Shown: piece after piece, positions 59,301-64,000 of the stretch
Numbering within the stretch: the stretch's first letter is position 1
How the letters are laid out: each line of letters opens with the position of its first letter
Assembly: GCA_020631855.1 (NCBI GenBank)
Contig: JACKGU010000001.1
Span: forward strand, 103,601-167,600
Direction of reading: 5' to 3'
Length of the DNA stretch: 64,000 nt
Source: Candidatus Nomurabacteria bacterium
GTDB lineage: Bacteria; Patescibacteriota; WWE3; UBA101185; UBA10185
Translations under genes and position numbers: made by a program
Notes under the pieces: model-generated
The model's input: the letters and a program-made list of their open reading frames with translations, nothing else
What the model was told of the DNA's origin: nothing
The model's database searches: none

Positions 59301-59926
59301 ATTGTGGAACTTATGAAGACAGATACTATGTAGGCTTCCGGTTTTACTTTTTGTGGCCTGTGGTTTCTTATTGTACTCATGACCTCTTCAAAGTTCTCTA
59401 CTAACTTTGATGTATCAAAAGACCTTTTTCCAATTATTGTGTGTATTATAGGAGCGTTTATTTCGTTTCTTATTTCAATTTTTCCTCCCTTAACTTGGGA
59501 AACCGCTTTTTCGACATCGTCGGTGACTGTTCCTGCTTTTGGGCTAGGCATCACGCCTGCCGGGCCAAGAATCTTGGCCGCTTTGGCTAGCTTGGCCATA
59601 AATTTTGGCTCTGATATTAGTACATCAAAATCTATTTTGGGTTTTATTTCTCCTTTTTCCAGCCTTTCAATGTCGTGTTCCGTTAAATTTAACTCAGCTT
59701 CTTTTACGGTTTTATCAGAAAAAACAGCTACTTTTACTGTTTTTCCTGTCCCGTGAGGTAGCACGGTTGTTGTTCTAACAGTTTGTTCTTGTTTCTTGTG
59801 GTTAATACCAAGGTTTGCATGAACTTCTATAGTTGCGTCGAAGTTACCCTTTGAATTAGCTTTTATAAAATCTATGGCCTCTTTTATATTCAATATTTTT
59901 CTATCTTTTTTTTGTATTTTAGGCAT
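59273..59926 (-). CDS. rplA: 50S ribosomal protein L1
   Basis: '[41 protein letters not shown]' is present. Confidence 0.9.
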   Translation of the reverse strand: MPKIQKKDRKILNIKEAIDFIKANSKGNFDATIEVHANLGINHKKQEQTVRTTTVLPHGTGKTVKVAVFSDKTVKEAELNLTEHDIERLEKGEIKPKIDFDVLISEPKFMAKLAKAAKILGPAGVMPSPKAGTVTDDVEKAVSQVKGGKIEIRNEINAPIIHTIIGKRSFDTSKLVENFEEVMSTIRNHRPQKVKPEAYIVSVFISSTMGPSVQIQL

Positions 59927-60365
59927 TTTCTACTTTAACTCCCATAGATCTGGCAGTACCCTCAATAATTTTTACAGCTTCTTCCAAAGAGTCTGTGTTA
60001 AGATCGGGCATTTTAGTTTTGGCAATATCTTCAATCTGAGATTTTGATAAAGTTCCCACTTTCTCTTTAATGTTGTTTGCTGCTCCCTTTTGAACTTTTA
60101 ATGCTTTTTTAATTAAGTCTGATGTAACCGGGGTCTTGGTAATAAAGGTAAAAGATTTATCTTCAAACACAGTAATAACAACAGGAATTATATTTCCTGC
60201 CATTGATGCTGTTCTGGCGTTAAACTCTTTGCAGAAGTCCATTAAAGGAACTCCATGCTGGCCTAAAGCAGGGCCAATTGGAGGTGCCGGTGTTGCTTGG
60301 GCTGCCGGAATATTTAACTTTATGTACCCTTTAATTTTTTTTCCTTTTTTCTTTTTTTCTGCCAT
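59919..60365 (-). CDS. rplK: 50S ribosomal protein L11
   Basis: '[35 protein letters not shown]' is present. Confidence 0.9.
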   Translation of the reverse strand: MAEKKKKGKKIKGYIKLNIPAAQATPAPPIGPALGQHGVPLMDFCKEFNARTASMAGNIIPVVITVFEDKSFTFITKTPVTSDLIKKALKVQKGAANNIKEKVGTLSKSQIEDIAKTKMPDLNTDSLEEAVKIIEGTARSMGVKVENA

Positions 60366-60374
60366 AGCTACCCT

Positions 60375-60944
60375 TTATATACTTTTAACCTGAGTAAAGT
60401 CAAGTTCAAGAGGTGTTTCTCTTCCAAAAACTGATACTAACACTTTTAATTTGCCCTGATCTTCGCTCACCTCTTCTACTTTTCCAAGAAATTCCGAGAA
60501 AGGGCCGTCAACTATTTTTATGGTGTCTCCCTCGGAGAATTTAGCTTCAAATTTGGGCTGCTCTGTTTTTATATACTTTAGTAATGCCTGAACCTCTTTT
60601 TCTGGTAGGGGAGTAGGATTAGTGCCCATTCCAACGAAACCTGTCACTCCGGGGGTTCCCCTAACTACTGTCCAAGTGCTATCGTTCATGTCCATGTGTA
60701 CTAGGATATATCCGGGGTAGAGCCGTTCTTCTATCGTGCGTTTTTTTCCTTCTGATACCACTATTTTTTGTTGTTGAGGTATTAGGACTTTTAGTATTTT
60801 ATCTAAAGCTCCAAGAGATTCTGCTCTTTGCTTTAGATTTATAGCTACTTTCTTTTCGTGTCCCGAGTAGGTATGTACTACATACCATTTAGCCATCGGG
60901 TTCTCGTGGTCCGAGATTACATATATATTTCCATTATCTGTCAT
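60375..60944 (-). CDS. nusG: Transcription antitermination factor NusG
   Basis: The NGN domain 'KWYVVHTYSGHEKKV' and the KOW domain 'GDTIKIVDGPFSEFLGKVEEV' are present. Confidence 0.85.
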   Translation of the reverse strand: MTDNGNIYVISDHENPMAKWYVVHTYSGHEKKVAINLKQRAESLGALDKILKVLIPQQQKIVVSEGKKRTIEERLYPGYILVHMDMNDSTWTVVRGTPGVTGFVGMGTNPTPLPEKEVQALLKYIKTEQPKFEAKFSEGDTIKIVDGPFSEFLGKVEEVSEDQGKLKVLVSVFGRETPLELDFTQVKSI

Positions 60945-61117
60945 AGTAAAACCTTAATAAATTCTTTAAAAACTAAATCTGCACTAGCGACGAAAAACGC
61001 CACCACCAAGCTAACACCTATTACGTATGCAGTCAATAGCAAGGTCTGTTTCCGACTTGGCCATTCCACTTTTTTAAACTCTGTATACGAGCCTTTTAAA
61101 AATCTTATTGGATTCAT
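60941..61117 (-). CDS. secE: Preprotein translocase subunit SecE (58 aa; not in the ORF track, which has a 60-aa cutoff)
   Basis: My own translation of the minus strand gives MNPIRFLKGSYTEFKKVEWPSRKQTLLLTAYVIGVSLVVAFFVASADLVFKEFIKVLL, with the SecE signature 'EFKKVEWPSRKQT' plus a transmembrane helix. Its TGA stop overlaps the nusG ATG (ATGA). Confidence 0.7.
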   Translation of the reverse strand: MNPIRFLKGSYTEFKKVEWPSRKQTLLLTAYVIGVSLVVAFFVASADLVFKEFIKVLL

Positions 61118-61421
61118 ATTTCTTAGGCAGTTACACGCTCTTTTCGCAAGCAGTAATTTATTGCACTATTTTAACATTTCCACGCCAAAAAAAAAGGACT
61201 GATTTTTTAACTACTACAGCCGGTCATAGCCAATGCTCACAAATGCTTGTTGCCACGTGCAAAGCAAAGGCACAAAAGTAGCTTAAAGTATTTTGGGTTT
61301 GCGCATGGCACGCGGTTGCCGATCTCATTCTAAGACTAGCTAAGTCAGGCCTGTGTCTTATTTAGGTTAACTTTCATTCTCGGGTAGCGATGTATATTAA
61401 ATCTGTTAAAATAGTATTTAT

Positions 61422-62039
61422 ATGATTAGTTTATTATTTTCAGAACCACTTGTGTTTGCGCTATTATTCGGAGTTCTTGTTTTCTCTCTCACAGTGCATG
61501 AGTATATGCATGCCGCAGTTGCGGACAGGTTAGGGGATTCGACCGCCAGACTTCTTGGTAGAGTTACCCTTAATCCCTCTGCCCATCTTGACCCGATTGG
61601 AACTCTGTTGCTTTTGGTTGCTGGTTTCGGTTGGGGAAAGCCTGTACCTTTTAACCCCATTAATTTCAAAAACCCGAAACGTGATATAGCCATTGTTGCA
61701 GTTGCGGGTCCGTTATCAAATTTTGCAATGGCCTTAGTCTTTGGACTTATTTTGCAGCTGCTTCCTGTGGCCCTGCCACAATTAATTCTAAGCGTTTTTA
61801 CATTGCTTGTTTACTATAATGTAGCGCTTGGAGTTTTTAACCTTTTACCTATTAATCCTTTAGACGGATTCAAAGTTGTAAACGGTTTTTTATCTCACGA
61901 GATGTCTATTCAGTGGCTTCAGCTTGCGCCTTATGGTATTTATATCTTGTTGTTTGGGTTCTTTACTAACACAATAGAAAAGCTAATTTCACCAATAATT
62001 TCCGCTATCACAGGGTTTATTTTGCGTGCTCCTTTTTAG
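61422..62039 (+). CDS. Peptidase M50 (site-2-protease family) small integral membrane zinc metalloprotease
   Basis: The 'HEYMHA' HExxH motif sits in the first transmembrane helix, 'LDG' is present, and several transmembrane helices are predicted. Confidence 0.6.
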   Translation: MISLLFSEPLVFALLFGVLVFSLTVHEYMHAAVADRLGDSTARLLGRVTLNPSAHLDPIGTLLLLVAGFGWGKPVPFNPINFKNPKRDIAIVAVAGPLSNFAMALVFGLILQLLPVALPQLILSVFTLLVYYNVALGVFNLLPINPLDGFKVVNGFLSHEMSIQWLQLAPYGIYILLFGFFTNTIEKLISPIISAITGFILRAPF

Positions 62040-62067
62040 GTTGTTTTAAAGCATTTTTTTGTATCTT

Positions 62068-62316
62068 GACAACCGTTTTCCGAGTAGTAAAATTATAACT
62101 AATGAGTAATCTCATTCACCTGACGTGAACGCTTACGCTGAAGAAGTAAGTTTTCTCAGCAAGTATCTCTTCTGGGATTCGAGATAACTGGCATAATAAC
62201 CAGTTTTAGAAACCCACCTTAAGAAATCGAGATGCAACTTTCAGCGCCCTGTCACGTTGGGTACGAAATTATTAGACTAGAAGCCAAAAAAATCCGCGAT
62301 TGCGGATTTTTTTTGC
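62068..62316 (+). ncRNA. Candidate small non-coding RNA or 5' leader: promoter-like TTGACA-16nt-TAAAAT, roughly 210 nt without an ORF, then a strong intrinsic terminator, 46 nt upstream of folD
   Basis: The promoter-like hexamers are at 62068-62073 and about 62090-62095. The terminator AAAAAAATCCGCGATTGCGGATTTTTTT is at 62285-62313. No ORF longer than 30 codons lies in between. Confidence 0.3.
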
Positions 62317-62361
62317 GCCGGTCTTGCTTTTGATCTCCCATAGTTATAACTTAGATACCAA

Positions 62362-63153
62362 ATGGAATTATTTTTAGCAAAAGATTATACGCCTAAATTG
62401 GACAGCCTTATAAAGGTTAGGGTCGGGACGGGTAATTGGGGTCGCTTAGCGATTATAAAAATAGGCTCTAATCAAGCATCGGCAAAGTATGTAAGTTTAA
62501 AGACCGCATATTGCGATTCTATGGGCATTCAGGTAAAAGTTTATGAGTTCGACGAGACGCCCCCAAAAGAAGAATATTTGAAAATAGTGAACGATCCTAA
62601 AAATTCGAGCGTGATTGTCCAGCTGCCTCTTCCTGCAAGCTGCCCAAACTCATATCTAGATTTTATTGCCCCCTCCAAGGATGTGGATTTTCTTTCTGAT
62701 CTTAGGAGAGAGATCTTTTTCGCCGGGGATCACTCTGTGCTGCCCCCTGTAGTTAGGGCTTTTGAGTTATTTCTAAAGCAAATTTCACCAAAAAAAATGA
62801 CCTCCGCAGTAGTAGGGGAGGGCTATCTTGTAGGTAAGCCCATAAGAAGCTATTTACAAAATCAAGGTTTTGAAGTCACTGCTTTCAATGAGACGCAAGA
62901 CCTCTCTAACTATCTATTTGTACAGGATGTGGTTGTTTTGGCCACAGGTTCCGCAAGGTTTTTTTCTGGCAAAAACTTTGCTGATGAGGTTAACGTTGTT
63001 GATTTTGGTACTTCCAGAGCGCCTGACGGGTCATTGGCGGGGGATTTGAACCTGAATTCGGATATTAGGCATTTGGGCCTTGTGGCACCTTCTCCTGGAA
63101 GCATGGGGCCTCTTGTTATTAGGTATCTTGTTATGAACCATTTAAAAATGTAG
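62362..63153 (+). CDS. folD: Bifunctional methylenetetrahydrofolate dehydrogenase/cyclohydrolase
   Basis: 'IIKIGSNQASAKYVSLKTAYCDSMGI', 'VIVQLPLPAS' and 'AVVGEGYLVGKPI' are present. Confidence 0.85.
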   Translation: MELFLAKDYTPKLDSLIKVRVGTGNWGRLAIIKIGSNQASAKYVSLKTAYCDSMGIQVKVYEFDETPPKEEYLKIVNDPKNSSVIVQLPLPASCPNSYLDFIAPSKDVDFLSDLRREIFFAGDHSVLPPVVRAFELFLKQISPKKMTSAVVGEGYLVGKPIRSYLQNQGFEVTAFNETQDLSNYLFVQDVVVLATGSARFFSGKNFADEVNVVDFGTSRAPDGSLAGDLNLNSDIRHLGLVAPSPGSMGPLVIRYLVMNHLKM

Positions 63154-63233
63154 GCCTGTCATAGCTAGGCTTACTGGTTTCTTGCTTTTTTGCCCCTTTG
63201 CATATCGCCCCTGTTAGTCGTAAAATTAAAACA

Positions 63234-64000
63234 ATGAGTTTAAACCCCTACAGTCTATATTGTTCTGTCTACCGTAATATTGCCAGGCCGTTGCTTTTTT
63301 TGACTCCGTCGGAAAAAATACACGAACGCGCTTTGGAAACCGGTGAGAAAATAAGCAACAATAAAAAGGCTGCAGGCTTTATACGCAATTTGTGCAATTA
63401 TGATAACTCAGCACTAGAGCAAGAAATTTTAGGCGTAAAATACCGAAATCCTGTTGGATTAGCGGCCGGATTTGATTATGATGGAAATTTGGCGAGTTTT
63501 ATGTCTTCTTTAGGGTTTGGCTTTAATACTGTTGGAACAGTAACCGCCTTACCCTATGAAGGTAATACAGGCCCAAGATTGGGACGGTTGGTAAAGTCAA
63601 AGTCGCTTTTAGTTAACAAAGGATTCAAGTCTGAAGGTGCGGAAAAAATATTTTCCAGACTAGCTAAAAAAGATCTCAGCAATATTACTTTAGGTATAAG
63701 TATAGGTAGCTCTAATTTGCCTGAAATAGATACAACCGAAAAAGCCATTAATGATTATAGCAGCACCTTCAATATGTTTAACGACGTTGAATACGTTGAT
63801 TATTTCGAGCTAAATGTTAGTTGTCCAAACACAAAAATTAAAGAACCTTTTACTAATTGTCCTAACCTGTCAGCCTTGTTAAGCTCCCTAAGCACTTTAA
63901 AGATAAAAGTGCCTATGTATCTGAAATTGCCTAATGAAATTTCCGCAGCGGACCTATTTCCGCTAATAGATTTGGCCTTGGGAAAAGGTGTATCAGGAGT
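63234..64000 (+). CDS. pyrD: Dihydroorotate dehydrogenase (quinone, class 2), 3'-truncated by the window edge; absent from the ORF track because no stop codon is reached
   Basis: My own translation gives 'LGVKYRNPVGLAAGFDYDGN' and 'GFGFNTVGTVTALPYEGNTGPRLGRL...LLVNKGFKSEGAE', which is the class-2 DHODH N-terminal signature. Confidence 0.8.
   Translation, partial: MSLNPYSLYCSVYRNIARPLLFLTPSEKIHERALETGEKISNNKKAAGFIRNLCNYDNSALEQEILGVKYRNPVGLAAGFDYDGNLASFMSSLGFGFNTVGTVTALPYEGNTGPRLGRLVKSKSLLVNKGFKSEGAEKIFSRLAKKDLSNITLGISIGSSNLPEIDTTEKAINDYSSTFNMFNDVEYVDYFELNVSCPNTKIKEPFTNCPNLSALLSSLSTLKIKVPMYLKLPNEISAADLFPLIDLALGKGVSG

Noticed and set aside
60858-61202. Plus-strand 114-aa ORF
   Set aside because: It is antisense to secE and nusG and is spurious.
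61120-61420. rpmG (L33) or tRNA-Trp upstream of secE
   Set aside because: The minus-strand frames here give only short peptides without the L33 CxxC...CxxC pattern. No cloverleaf with a TTCGA T-loop could be folded.
62100-62290. ZTP (pfl) riboswitch upstream of folD
   Set aside because: Only a loose 'AACTGGCA' resemblance exists. The conserved GGGUCGUGACUGGCG and CCGCCUGGGCA pseudoknot segments are absent. It is kept only as a generic leader or small-RNA candidate.

Overview
This 64 kb window is low-GC bacterial DNA with compact, mostly short-spacer gene organisation. It encodes class E-like sortases, a DNA-uptake/competence cluster (dprA, comM, comEA, split comEC), an F-type ATP synthase operon, a glycogen/alpha-glucan gene block, and ribosomal protein/nusG-secE genes. 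This gene mix is typical of Patescibacteria (CPR, Saccharibacteria-like) epibionts; the lineage assignment is an inference and was not tested. Core genes I recognise from sequence are a partial SpoU/TrmH methyltransferase, a sortase, rho, a LysM-M23 peptidase, obg, tRNA-Ala, dprA, comM, an arsR-like regulator, comEA, comEC in two ORFs, argS, ndk, tRNA-Ser, tRNA-Arg, a second sortase, a GT4 glycosyltransferase, two glgA, two GH57-like genes, a GalT-like uridylyltransferase, rplL, rplJ, atpF/H/A/G/D/C, rplA, rplK, nusG, secE (absent from the ORF track), an M50 protease, folD and a 3'-truncated pyrD. The most unusual part is a roughly 17 kb surface-protein island at 35984-52937. It sits between rplJL and rplKA and carries two giant proteins (2059 and 1857 aa) that look like phage tail fibres, with 'GIGTxxP..L.V' collar motifs, long Gly/Asn-rich beta-helix repeats and a C-terminal peptidase-S74 intramolecular-chaperone domain. 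Their 3' ends share a 1082 bp block that is 100% identical. One giant protein, a 234 aa protein and a 371 aa protein each begin with a MerR/excisionase-type helix-turn-helix domain, and in two of them a transmembrane helix follows. Other notable features are a family of about 125 bp intergenic repeats (7 full copies plus a fragment, all on the + strand), a GC-rich island at 1064-1747 with a 24 bp tandem repeat and an in-frame TGA, an atp operon with no canonical a or c subunit, and an 820 bp AT-rich non-coding stretch carrying repeated CATTTAAATG palindromes.
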